Shown here in pieces: positions 34,955 to 47,800 of a DNA stretch of 64,000 nucleotides. The stretch covers positions 2,338,232 to 2,402,231 of the forward strand of contig CM119268.1 of the NCBI GenBank assembly GCA_051294375.1, written 5' to 3'. The stretch's first letter is position 1. Each line of letters opens with the position of its first letter. Below the pieces are notes generated by a model. It saw nothing but the letters and a program-made list of their open reading frames with translations. It ran no database searches and was not told the origin of the DNA. The position numbers and the translations under genes are program-made. The DNA comes from Paraspadella gotoi (taxonomy: Eukaryota; Animalia; Chaetognatha).

Positions 34955-36174
34955 AGAGAGAAATGAACGAGATGATCGCGAAGACAATAGGAGGTAAGGA
35001 GAAACAGTGAGCAGAGCACTTGCTATGCAGCAACCGCAGCCAGTTTAAAATCTATCCGTGACAAAGGCTGGCGTATCGCAAAGAGACAAAGTAGGACTCG
35101 ATAGACGACGAGAAGAGGAGAGGAGCGAGGGGAGGGAGTAAGTAGCTCCCTTCGGCAAGACGCTAGAACGACCCGCCAGACCTGCGAGGCGGCGTAGCGA
35201 CGACGAAAAATGCGCGGCCGCAGGCACGAGTCACACGCAGACGTGTTCAGACTGAGAGAGAAGAGAGAATGATCGAGACGAGAGAGAAGGAGAGAGAGAA
35301 TGCAGAGAGAGAGGTAGAGAAAAGAGACGGAGGAAACAACCGAAGGGAAAAAGATAAAAAAGCGTTCTTCAAGCGGAAGCGGCCGGCGGCTGCGAAACAA
35401 ACAACAGAAAGAACATGAAAAATCAGTCGAAAAAAAAAGAAAAGAAAAAAAAGCGATTAAAAATAAAACAACGAGAGAGAACAGTCGACGAAGAAAAAAA
35501 CAAGTTTGTTGAGGCAGAAACAATGGTCGAGAGAGTAGCTATTGTGCATACCGACTGATAATTAATTAATTAACTTTAGTATTAATTATTATTTGAATAA
35601 TAGATTAATTAATTAATTAATAGATTAATTTAAGTTATTAATTAATAGATTAATTATTAATTATATTCAGCTTGTCCATCATCGATGTTCCTTAAAATTG
35701 AGTCAGGACAGTGTTTAAATGTTTTTTTGTACATTTTATCAAAAACAAACAAATATCCTCTATTATCGAGCCAGGCGGGCAAAGCCCGTCCTGTCTAGAT
35801 TCTTTTTATTCTGGTTTAGCTTTCGGTCTCGCTTTTTTGCAGATCATGGCTCTCTCTGAAAAGTGTGATATCATAGGAGTTGAATTTTCAATATGGCTTC
35901 TAATCATCAAGATCCTTTTAAGAATTCTCATGTTCATATCCAATATTTGGTAATTTGTTTATGGTTTATTTACAAAACAAAAAACGTTTAATTAATATGT
36001 CGCTTCTCTCTCTCTCTCGTCTATTTTCTCTCGTCACTGCTTTCTCTCTTTTAAAAACGAGTTCGGCTTCTGCAGCGTCTGGTCCAGCTTCTTTCTCTCT
36101 CTCTCTCTCTCTCTCTTCATCTTTTTTTTTTTACAAAAATTTTTTAAGATATAATAGGGGTTTCACTAATGTAA

Positions 36175-36255
36175 AAATACGATGCCGCGAACAGGGGGCG
36201 CGAACCGGGTCCTTGGGTTAGAGCAATGTAGCTCACGCTAACGTGGCGGTCGCCA
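36175..36255 (-). mobile_element. Degenerate tRNA-derived (SINE-like) sequence; duplicate at about 41588-41658
   Basis: Minus strand tagcgtgag...ctctaacccaa(a)ggacccgg(g)ttcgcgccc with a B-box-like GGTTCG; cloverleaf incomplete. Confidence 0.3.
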
Positions 36256-36783
36256 TAAGTCTGCTGATTCTTTAAACGAGTAAAGGGTGCTGTAGATTGC
36301 TTCTCTCTCTCTCTCTCTCTCTTTAGATTAATTATATACGGCTCTTTCTCTTTCTCTTTTCTCACTCTGCAGCGGCTCGCTTCTCTCTCCTCTATCAGCC
36401 TCTTTTTCTCTCTGTCTCTCTGTCTCTCTGTTGGTGTCTGTTCCTGCTCCCTTCCACATCTTGCTAGTCTCGGTTATTGTTGAAATCTCGGGATCTTTTT
36501 TTTTTCCATAAGACTGTTATAAATTTAACCTACGCGTGTTGTGGCGGGAGTTGCCAAGACCTGTAGTTGAATGCTACGGCAAGCTGTACCAGTGGACTTG
36601 ATTTGGTTTGTGCCTTCGACCTTTATCTTTTAGTACTTTTATTGGAGGAGCTAGCCTCTTTTTTATTTGTTCTGTCCTTTTCCGCCATATTGTTTTTGTT
36701 ATTACGCCTTTTCCATAACAAAAGCGTTCCCCCATATTTCTTGCATCCGAGATTTTCCGTGGGATTTATATTTCGTTTCTTTA

Positions 36784-36814
<31 letters not shown>

Positions 36815-37579
36815 TCTTTCTCCCTCTCTCTTTCTCCCTCTCTCCTCTTCTCTCCTACTCTCTCTCCTCCTTTCGCATTCATACACGCGACAGGGATGAT
36901 AGCTGTTGGATTTGGTGTTTTGACTATCATCGCTTATCACAAAATAATGACAATCATCGAATCAAATGAAACTAACAACTCGCAATCACATTGAATAAGA
37001 CTACATCTACGCAGTGAATGACTATTCATCGGCATCAATAATTGGTTATCATCGAAATCAATAATTCCAATTCCTATTAATCAAAAATTACTATTGACAA
37101 CAATTGAATGCAATAGTATTACCGTCAGATCAATTACTAGTACATCCAAGCAATTCGTTATCGCATGCATGATCATTCGTTTTTTGTTCCGCCGGTTTTT
37201 TCTCAGTTAATGTTCTATGAATAGTTGGGGGCTCTGCGCTCGATCTTGATCTTTTAAGATTTTTTTTCATTTTATGTCTCCTTCTCTCTCTCTCTCTCTC
37301 TCTCACTCTACTCCTGCTCTCTCTCTCTCTCTTCTCCTCCTCTTCTTTTTTATCAATAGCGACGCATCCTTATTGCCTTTTAAGATTTTTTATTAAACTT
37401 CATCACGATTTTGCTGCATTTTTTTAACTTGCATCATTTTTTTTTCAACTTGATCCGTTTCAAAACTTTTATATTAGCTTCTTCACTCACTTTTCCTACC
37501 GCCTCAACCCAAATTTTTCCACATTTCTTTTCAATCTATCATGGGTTAAAAATAAATAAAAGATCTCAAAGTAAATGTG

Positions 37580-38670
37580 ACATCATATTTTTTCATTTTA
37601 AACTCATTTCCACTGGTACGTTTCCCACTGAAACTTTATATCAAGCTTCGTCATTACGTTTCCTACCCACACACAAAATTTCAACTCAATCTATCCATCC
37701 AATTATGATTAATTGGGAGTATTTGATTGGTTCTAAAATAAGGTAAAAGATTTTAGTAATTCGACTTATGTTTTTTCCTATTTACAATTTCCACTGCACA
37801 CGATCCATCGAAATTTTATATCAGCTTTATCACACACTTCACCCACCACAAAATTTAATTCAAATTCCAACAGTCCAATCACGAGGTTATTGGAGCTTTT
37901 TGCTAAGTGGACGGATATAGGACGGACTTGAGTGACTAATTAATTAATTATTGATTATTTATTTACTAATGATGTTAAATTAACGTGATTAACTATGTTG
38001 ATTATTAATACATTTTCCTGGGCATACATTTAATATAAAAGAAAAGAACATAAAGTCAAAAGGTTTTTGATAGAGTGTACTCGGGGTTGATGGTCTTGTT
38101 TGTAAGATGTCTGGATGCTTGATCTGGTCGAGCTGGCTTGGAAAGACTATTAGGCCATCGGAAACTATGTGTTCCATCTCGATAACTTGATCACTTTCAA
38201 TGATCAGCACACTTGTCCCTACCCAGCAGTATACAAAAATTCCAGGTCACAGCCCACCACTCATGAGCCAATGGTTGTCAAAATAGTGAATATATTTTTT
38301 TTGTTTTTTTCCATTTAAACTCATTTCCACCGGACGGATTCCATCGAACTTAATATCAGCTCATCACACACTTACCTAATCCACCCGAGAATATTTCATT
38401 TAAATCATTCATCCAACTCACGAGTAATTGGGGTTTTTGCTAAGGTGGGACGGACGGACCGGCACGGACGGCATGAAGGTGACGGTACAGACAAGACAGG
38501 ACGTGAGGACATCATTTTTTTTGCAAATTTATCAAATTCGATGTTCTTGACATGATATAAGTGTGTCCCGACAATATTGAGGGGGCGGACCGACGGTCCG
38601 AAAAAGGATTTATAAAAAATGAGTTTATAGAGTCGGGAATCTGGCCTGATATAAGCAGAGATCCGATAAC
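37580..38670 (+). mobile_element. Interspersed-repeat-like segment with three internal copies of a 100-130-bp motif and a (GGAC/GACA)n stretch; duplicate at about 43010-44110
   Basis: catttaaactcatttccac...atcagcttcatcacacac...aaaattt recurs near 37594, 37780 and 38312; ggacggacggacc follows the third copy. Confidence 0.4.
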
Positions 38671-39046
38671 AGAGAAAAAAAAAAGGGGAAAATGAGCGAC
38701 GAAGGACAGAAAAGAAGAGAAAATGAAAAAAAAAGGGAACGAAGACGAAACAGGAAAATATCAAGGACTTTTTAAGTATCTGTTTTGTAATGTGCTTTCG
38801 GAATTTGTTTTCTCTTTCTGTTCTTGAGCTCTTCCAAGCCGGACGTTTAAACGTGGCCTCTTTAAAGCTTTTTTCGATTTAAGAAATTGTCGTTATATTA
38901 ACTACAATTTAGGATTTAGCGTTTAAGATTACTGATTTGAAAATATCTTAAAAATTTCCGACTTATGACATCCATTTTAAACATCCAAAATAAATTCCAT
39001 TACCGATTTTAACCCTCCCGGTCACAGATGACGACGGATACGAACG

Positions 39047-42000
39047 CCTCCGCCAGTGCTCCGACCTTCCTTTAACCTCCGACGGTTTTTCCGCTACTAT
39101 TTTGTTGTCACGAAGAAAAACGTAAAAAAAAATACTTCCCTGGTCATGGGATTATGGGTCATTTATGGTCGACTAATTGAATAATGGACAGTTTGGTTAA
39201 CCTATTGTTTGATTTAATGAGTGATAATATAAGTACCGTCTCGGTCTCCATCTACGTCTTGAAACTTCAAAATTTTTCAAACATTTACTTTGGGGTAAAA
39301 AATACAAATCTTGATCAAAACTACAAATCCGGTTGTAGAGTGTAGACCCAATTCCCATACGTTTTCCATCAAGCAGTAAATTTTTTTTCATAATCATTCT
39401 CTCAAATCTCGTCATGGCCGATTTTGACCGTAATTCCCGAATCTCGTTAAAGCCGTTCCTCGCCGTAAATCGAGCGAATCGAACCTTCGAAGCGACGCTT
39501 TTCTACGATTAACCTCTTTTAGCGAGACATTCGGATGTCGGTGACGGCGGCGGCGGCTGAGGCGGTATTGGCGGCGGTTGGCGGTGGCGGCGGCGGCGGC
39601 GGCGGCTGCTGCTGAGGCGGTTACGGCGACGGCAAAGGGAAGGAAACGTATAGTGTTCAAAAAGGGACCAACCCCTTTGGGTAATCTGGCAATTGTTTAA
39701 TTAGCTCAGTTAGCTGGCTACCAACTAACACACTCCGAAATATTTAGTAAAACGCGTGGTGATCGAACTTTTGTTGGGCTTAAATATAAATATTGACTAT
39801 AAATATCCAAATACCTAATTAAAATGTACTATAACCAGGAACTGAAATGATCGACCTCACTTATTCTCAGTTGATATTGAATGATAAACTAAATGAGTCA
39901 ATGAACTTTTACTGACCTTCAAATGCACCTTCACTACCCGAAAGCGTTTTTGTCGAGAAATTCAGATCGCAAGCGGAAGCCATGTTTCGCGAGAGACGAG
40001 ATGACAGAAAGAGATGAGAGAGAGAGACGATCGGGGCGTCTGTCGAGGGGGATCACGACGAGATGACCTGACTACCAGCACCAAGATCGAATCTACCTGT
40101 TCTTGGCCGAAAGAGGAGAGAGATGTGAGAGGAAGAAATGGACTGTGGAGCATGTCAATGAGTCCGAAACTGAACGACCGATGACTATCGCCCGAAGATC
40201 AACTACAGGAGCTGTGAGAGGAGAGAGAGTAACAGTGAGCAACAGCAGGCAACTTTGCTCTCATGCCAGCAAACAACAGCACGTCCAGTTTAAAATCTAT
40301 CACGTGGACCGAAAAGGGGCTGATTTGCGTGACGCAAGACGCGAGACGAGAGAGTTAAGGAACTACTCGAATAGACGAGACCGAGACGAGAGAGAAGAAG
40401 ACGAGAGCAGAGGAAGACGAGGGAGGGGAAGATAAGTAGGCTCCACTATCCCGGCATACAGAACTACACGCTTCAAAAGCAAGCGGACCACAGCCCCAGC
40501 CCCGACACCCTGACGAGGAAGACATGGGCAGGTAATGACGACTCGACGAGAAAAATCGCGCGGCCGCCGAGGGCACGATAGTCAGCACGGGCATATCGTC
40601 TTGTTTCACGACTTGAGGAGTGAAGAAAATCATCGCTGACGAGAGAGAGGAGAGACGACAATGCAGAGAGAGGGTGACAAAAAACGGGGAAACAACCGAA
40701 GGGTAAAGAAGATAAAAAAGCCTCCGTTCTCTCAAAGCGGAAGCGCCCGGCTGCCGAAACAAACATACAGGAAAGAGATCGAAAAATCAGTCGTAAAAAA
40801 AATAGCGACAAAGAAAAAAAAGCGCACTTACAAAATAACAAGCACGACGAGAGAAACAGTCGACGAAGAAAAAAACAAGTTTTTGACGGCAAACAATGTT
40901 CGAGAGAGTAGCTATCATTGTGCACCATCCCACCTTCACGATAATTAATTAATTAACTTTAGTATTAATTATTATTTGAATAATAGATTAATTAATTAAT
41001 TAATATGTATTTTTATTTAATAATTAAATGTATAATAAATTAATTAGTAAATTAATTATAATTAAATATGTATATTCAGCTTGTCCATCATCGATGTTCC
41101 TTAAAATGATCAGGACAGTGGTTTAAATGTTTTTTGTTACATTTTATCAAAAACAAACAAATCATCCTCTATTATCGAGCAGGGCGGGCAAAGCCCGTCC
41201 TGTCTAGATCTTTTTTTTTCTGGTTAAGCTTTCGGTCTCGCTTTTTTGCAGATCATGCTCTTCTGAAAAGTGTGATATCATAGGAGTTGAATTTTCAATA
41301 TGGCTTCTAATCATCAAGATCTTTTAAAATTCTCATGTTTCATATCAATATTTGGTATTATTGTTTATGGTTTATTTACAAACAAAAAACGTTTTAAGTT
41401 AATATGTCGCTTCTCTCTTCTCTCGATCTATTTTCTCCGTCAGCTGCTCTCTTCTCTAAAAACGAGTTTCCGGCTTCTGCAGCGTCTGGTCCGCTTCTTT
41501 TTCTCTCCTCTCTCTCTCTCTCTATTTTTTTTTTTTTACAAAAAATTTTTTAGATATATCATGGGGTTCACTAATGTAAAATAACGATGCCGCGAACAGG
41601 GCGCGAACCCGGGTCCTTTGGGTTAGAGCAATGTAGCTCACGCTACGTGCGGTCGCCATAAGTACCTGCTGATTCTTTAACGAGTAAAGGGTGCTGTAGA
41701 TTGCTTCTTCCTCTCTCTCTCTCTCTTTAGATTAATTATATACGCTCCTTTCTCTTTCCTCTTTTCTCACTGCAGCGGCTGTCTCTCTCTCCTCTATCGC
41801 TCTTTTTCTCTCTGTCTCTCTTGTCTCTCTGTGTGGTGTCTGTTCCCTATCTGCTTCCGACATCTTTGCGTGATCGTTCATGTTCTTTTGAAAAATTCTG
41901 GGATTATTTTTTTCTCTTTTTTTCTATTTATAAGAACTTTTTTTTAATTATGCCAATCATTACGCCTGTGTATCGTCGGAGCCGGATTAGCCAAAATGCC

Positions 42001-44470
42001 GCATAAGTTGAATCTCGGCTCAAACGGCCGGGATACCGAAACGAATTTGGATTTCGTTGTACGACCTGAATTTATCTTTCGTACTTTCTATTCTTCGTCG
42101 AGTCTGCTACCTCTTTTGCTTCATTTCTTTTCTTTCCTCTCTCTTTCTTTCTCGCCCTCCTATTGATTTTATTCTCTCTCGTTTTTTTCATCCGCATGTT
42201 GTTTAATCAGTACTATCAGCTTACCTCCACCATGATACATTCATCGAGATTATTCCTGAGATAATTATCATTTCGTTTCTATTCACTGAAATGACCTATC
42301 TTCTCCTCATCCCTCTCTTCTCCTCTTTGCCTGAGTCTTTCCTCTCACTCGTCATCAATATTTGATCATCATACAACGAACAGGATAATAGCGTTGCCAG
42401 ATTCCTATGTTTTTTGACTAGTCGCATAAAATATATATACATCATCGAATTCAATGACTCAACAATACTGCTACACTGAACTGCCATCGGACTAACAACG
42501 GCATCATATGGTCATCGTACAGTAATCCAGTTATAATCATGAAACATTGTGCAATATACTCGATTTACTAGTATCACATTCTTTCGCCTGCATCCGTTTT
42601 GTTCGCCGTTTTTCAGTTAATGCTTGCTATGATAGTTGGGGCTCTGGCCTCGAGTCTTGAGTCTTTATAAGATTTTTTTTATTTTATGTCTCCTTCTCTC
42701 TCTCTCTTCTCGCTCTCACTCAGCTGCCTCTCTCATCTCTCTTTCCTCTCCTCATCTCTTTTTATGCAATAGCGACGCCATCCTTATTGCTTTTTAAGAT
42801 TTATTACTTCGTTAAACTGACAATTTTGTTCAACGTTGCTGCATTTTTTAACTTGCATCATTTTTTTTTCAACTTGATTCCGTGTCAGAAACGTTTTATA
42901 TCTTAGCTTCTTCACTCACTTTTTTTCCTAACCGCCTTAACCCAACAAATTTTCAATTTCCTCAATCTATATAGGCGTTAAAAATAAATAAAAGATCAAG
43001 TCAAATGTGAGCTCATATTTTTCATATTTAAACTCATTGTCCACTGGTACGCTTCCCAACTGAAACTTTATATCAACTTCGTCATTACGTTTTCCTAACC
43101 CACACACAAAATTTCAACTCAATCTTATCCATCCAATTATGATTAATTGGAGTATTATTGGTTAAAATAAGGTAAAAAGATTTTAGTAATTCGACTTATG
43201 TTTTTCCTCCATTTAAACAATTTCCACTCACCACGAGTCCATCGAAATTTTATATCCAGCTTTATCACACACTGTCTACCACACACACAAAATTTAATTC
43301 CAAATCCAACGCCAATCACGAGGTTATTGGAGCTTTTTGCTAAGTGGACGCGATATAGGACGGACTTGATGACTAATTAAATTAATTATTGATTATTTAT
43401 TTACTAATGATGTTAAATTAACGTGTTAATATGTTGATTATTAATACATGTTCCTGAGAGATACATTAATATAAAAGAAAAGAAGCATAATCAATAGGTA
43501 ATACCAGTTTTGTATTATGGGGTGTCTTCGTGTTTTCGATCGTATGTTTAAATGCTGACCATGGCCAGTGCTGTCCAGGGACCTCTCGGAAGAGACTATT
43601 GGCCAGGATCGTGAAAGCTGTGTTTTCTCGTTCAATCACACACATATCTGTCTACCCACATGTGAACAAAAATTCCAGGTCAACAGCCCCACCACTCATG
43701 AGCCAATGGTTCAAATAGTGAATAATATTTTTTTTGTTTTTTTCCATTTAAACTCATTTCCACCGGACGATTCCATCGAAACTTAATATCCAGCTTCAAT
43801 CAACACACTTACCTATCCCACACAAATAAATTTCATTTAAATCCATTCATTCCAACTCACGAGTAATTGGTGTTTTTGCTAAGGTGGGACGGACGGACCG
43901 GTCATACGGCACGCAGCACACGGCGACGTGTACAGACAGACGAGGACGTGACGACATCATTTTTTATTGGCATAATTTATCAAATTCGATGTTCTTTGAC
44001 AGATTATAAGTGTAGTGCCGACAATATTAGAGGGGGCGGACCGACGGCCGAAAAAGGATTATAAAAAATGAGTTATAGAGTCGGGAATCTGCCTGAATAA
44101 GCAAGATCCGACTAAAAAAGAAAAAAAAAAGGGAAATGAGCGACGAAGGACGAAAAGAGAGGAAAATGAAAAAAAAAGGGAAACGAAGACGAAACAGGAA
44201 AATATCAAGACTTTTTTTAAGTATTGTTTTGTAATGTGTTTCGAATTTTTGTTTTCTCTTTTCGTTTTGAGCTCTTCAAGCGGACGTTAAACGTGGCCTC
44301 TTTAAACTTTTTTCGATTTAAAAATTGTCGTTATATTAACTACAATTTAGGATTTAGCGTTTTAAGATTACTGAATTGAAAATATCTTAAAATTTCCGAC
44401 ATGACATAGTTTTAAACATCCAAAATAAATTCAATCGATTTTAATCCCACGATGACGACGGATACGAACG
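39047..44470 (+). repeat. Copy 2 of the tandem duplication, ending about 290 bp upstream of the MORN5 ATG
   Basis: Same start and end text as copy 1; differences are mostly indels, with very noisy patches at 39980-40700 and 41860-42590. Confidence 0.92.
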
Positions 44471-44755
44471 AGATCTAAATTCTCGATTTACCGTCAACAA
44501 CAAAACCGAAAACAAAAACGACAAAAAACAAAACAAAAATAAAAAGTAAAAAAAGAAAACAAAAGACTGGCGCGATCTTTTGTTTATTCGCCAGATAACG
44601 AACAGTGGCGAACCCTAACGACACCGTGTGCCTCCGCTCTAGAAATCTAGAAATTCAATCAATTCGGAGAAGATAGTAGCTAATTGGATATATATATAAA
44701 AAAACACAATAATTAGAAATAGCTAGAAAGAAAATTATAATATTTTCTCTTCAAA

Positions 44756-44816
44756 ATGGACGTGACGGGTACGAGGTACGACGGACCGATGAAGGATCGT
44801 CGAATGCACGGGAAGG
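44756..44816 (+). CDS. MORN5: MORN5 exon 1
   Basis: caaaATG start; translates MDVTGTRYDGPMKDRRMHGK; donor G|GTGAG. Confidence 0.88.
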
Positions 44817-47800
44817 GTGAGCTTGGGTTGGTCAGACTTCCGATGCGGTAGACAAATGCGAAATTAATAAGTTATTTAGTAGGAAGCTAGGTAAGTTAAG
44901 TTAGGTAACTTTAACGATGTTATTTCTCCTTTCCCCTCACCCCCAAGGTAAGTTCACCTTCTCGACGGGCAGCATTTACGAGGGTGAGTTCCGCGACGGA
45001 ATGTTCCACGGCTCAGGATGCCTCACCCTAAGAAACGGAGGAAAGTTCATCGGCGAATGGAGAAAAGGTAAGTGGGTGGAGGAGGAGGAGGAGGAGGAGG
45101 AGGAGGAGAGGAAGAGGGGCTAGGAGAAGGGAGAAGCGAGGGAGAGGGGAATGTGAGAGGAAGAAAGGGGAGAATGAAGACATGAGTTAGGTACCTAAAC
45201 ATATCTCATGCGTCCATAATAATGAAAATTTGTGCTTAGAAGTTTAAATAAATTTCATATTATACCAGTGCGGAGTACAATATAGTATACTCCGTTCTGA
45301 TACTTAACTTTTATCCAACTGAAAAAGTTAACATTATCTCGCTTGATTGACAGAGAAGTTGTTAACCTGGACTGTGAGAGATTCTTGGTTGAAAGCTTGC
45401 AGGGTCTTGCTATGTTATCGTCCTGCTATGACCTAAACTCACTATAGCCTGTCCAAAGGGAAGAACAGGATAGCTTCTTGTCTGAATGAAAGGATTGCAC
45501 CGATTTAATATCAAATTAATTCCCACCCTCTTACCCTCACCCTCCCTCACCTCACCCCGGCAACACCCACCCCACCCCGTCCTCAGGGGTGGCGATGGAG
45601 GGGCGTTACGTCTTCGCCGACGGCCTCGCGATGGATGACGAGAACCGACCCTATTGTCTCCCGAATCTGGACAGACGGTTTCAGTCGGAGAGATTGAAGG
45701 GACTCAAGCCGGCGGGTGAGTTTTTTTTGGAAAGGAAAAAAAGAGGAAAGGAAAGGAAAAGGGACTCAAGCCCGCGGGTGAGTTTTTTTGGAAAGGAAAA
45801 AAAGAGGAAAGGAAAGGAAAAGGGACTCAAGCCGGCGGGTGAGTTTTTTTTGGAAAGGAAAAAAAGAGGAAAGGAAAGGAAATTAAAGGAAAGGGACTCA
45901 AGTTGGGTGAGTATTTTGTAAAGATACAAGGGAGGAAAGTAAAGAAAAGGGCAGAAAAAAATAAAATGAAGGAAAGCGAAGGAAAGAATAAGAATGGAAA
46001 GAAAAAGAAAGGAAGGGACAGGAAAGGAAAGGACTCAAGTTGGGAGAGTACTTAGTAAAGAAAAAATGGAAGAAAGAAAGGAAAGGAAAGGGAAGAAAAA
46101 GAAAAGAAAATGAAGGAAAGCAAGGGAAAGGAAAGGAAAAAGAAAAGAAAGGAAAAGAAAGGAAAGGAAAGGAAAGGAAAGGAAAGGAAAGGAAAGGAAA
46201 GGAAAGGAAACGCCTCTAAAGACAAAAACTAAGATGTCCCTCCTCCCGACCCCCAACGCCGCCCTTCCACAGGCCGATGTCAACTGACCAATCAGCATCC
46301 ACCGCGAACTATCCCGCCCGGCCACTACGACCACGGGGCGGGCTTCTTCGATCCCAAGACCAAACTCCTCGTCGACTACGACAAACTGCTCTTCAAGGAA
46401 CACCCCAAGCATGAGACTCAGTCATGGATCGCCAAAAACTGTCGGAAAGGTGAGCGTTGGATGCAGGGAGCGGGGCCGCTTTGGGTTTCCCGATTTTAAT
46501 TTCGGTTTTATTCGAGAATCACGATTCAACATTCAAGGTTTTTGTTAATATAGATGTAACCTCCGTTTCTCAATTTCCATTTCGATTCGATTCCATTCAC
46601 AGAGTGGGACGAGGAGGTGGGTTTCTTCCGCCCGGATCACTCCAAACCTCACCCGAGTGACCGCAGCACTTACATCCATCCGGACAACAAGATCGAATCA
46701 GTCCAGCTGCCGAAGCAGTACAGGTGGGACTAGTTGGAGTGCAAGGGTTGAGAGGGTGAAAAAGTGTTGTACGGGTGAGTGGGGAGATTGAAAGAGTGGC
46801 AGAAAAATTTTCTAGATAAGAAAAGTTAGGAACGGAGAAGCAGATGGTAATTCAGACAAACGGCCGTTAGAATAGGCAGTTGAATCCACCCCAATTTATA
46901 CCATTTTTACATACAGTGTTTCAGTATAATTTGTTTCATCAAATCCCCGAAGATCATTTATATTATATTCACTCACTAATTCCATTCCCCTCACCCTCTC
47001 GTTCAGCATCGGCCCTTCCATCCCCCGCCGCCAATTCGAGATTCCACTCGAGATCACCCGCGAATCCGAGACGGCCATGATGGACGCGTCCCAAGCGGCC
47101 GGCGAGGGTCGTCGAGCCGTTCGCGAGAACTTGCTCCGCGGCCTCGAAGGCGCCACCCCGCCGGCAGGGGGCTCCTTCGTCGACGAGCGTCACTCGAGGA
47201 GCCAGTTCGGGTCCACGGTGGGAGCCGCGGCGCTGAGCAGCGCCACCAACTCGGCGTCGTCCCTCGACGGAGGATTCGGCGCCGTTTTTCGACGCCGGAG
47301 TCGGCACGAGTCGATGCGGGAGTCGAAGGCGGCGTCGAGGAGGTGATTGGGAGGAGCGATTGAATTGATTGATTGATTGGATCGAACCGAGTCATCGGTT
47401 CAATAAATCGTTCAATAAATAATTATTCAATCAACCCATCAAAAAAAACAATCATTAAAACAATCAATCAATCAATTAATCGGTTAAGGATACAATCAAC
47501 TCGTTCTGGTCAATCAATTAAGTGTTGGTAATATATTCAATTCCAAATCAATTGCATCATCTTATATTAAACGAATGACATCCGTTCCCACCAAATCGGC
47601 AACCAGATTCGCTCGCACGGAAGAGTTGCGCCGCTCGACGGCGCTTATGACTCGGCCGAGTCGGAGCAGGCGGACGAGCCTCTCGACGATGTGGGGCTCG
47701 GAGGAGGACGAGGAGGAGGAGAAGAGGAAGGAGAAAGAGAGGATGACGTTGGCGGCGGAGATGATGATGGAGAAGCCGAAGCTGCAGCAGAAGGGGAGGA

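Larger units (their letters stand above)
33906..39046 (+). repeat. Copy 1 of a 5.1-5.4-kb direct tandem duplication
   Basis: Starts cgccagtgctccgaccttcc, ends gatgacgacggatacgaacg; colinear with 39047-44470. Confidence 0.92.

Noticed and set aside
36175-36255. Amber-suppressor tRNA (loop CTCTAAC, anticodon CTA)
   Set aside because: Anticodon and D stems do not pair properly and the two copies differ by indels; more likely a decayed tRNA-derived repeat.
44575-44625. RFX X-box or FOXJ1 ciliary promoter motifs upstream of MORN5
   Set aside because: Only a half-site (GATAAC) and a common TGTTTA word; not distinguishable from chance.
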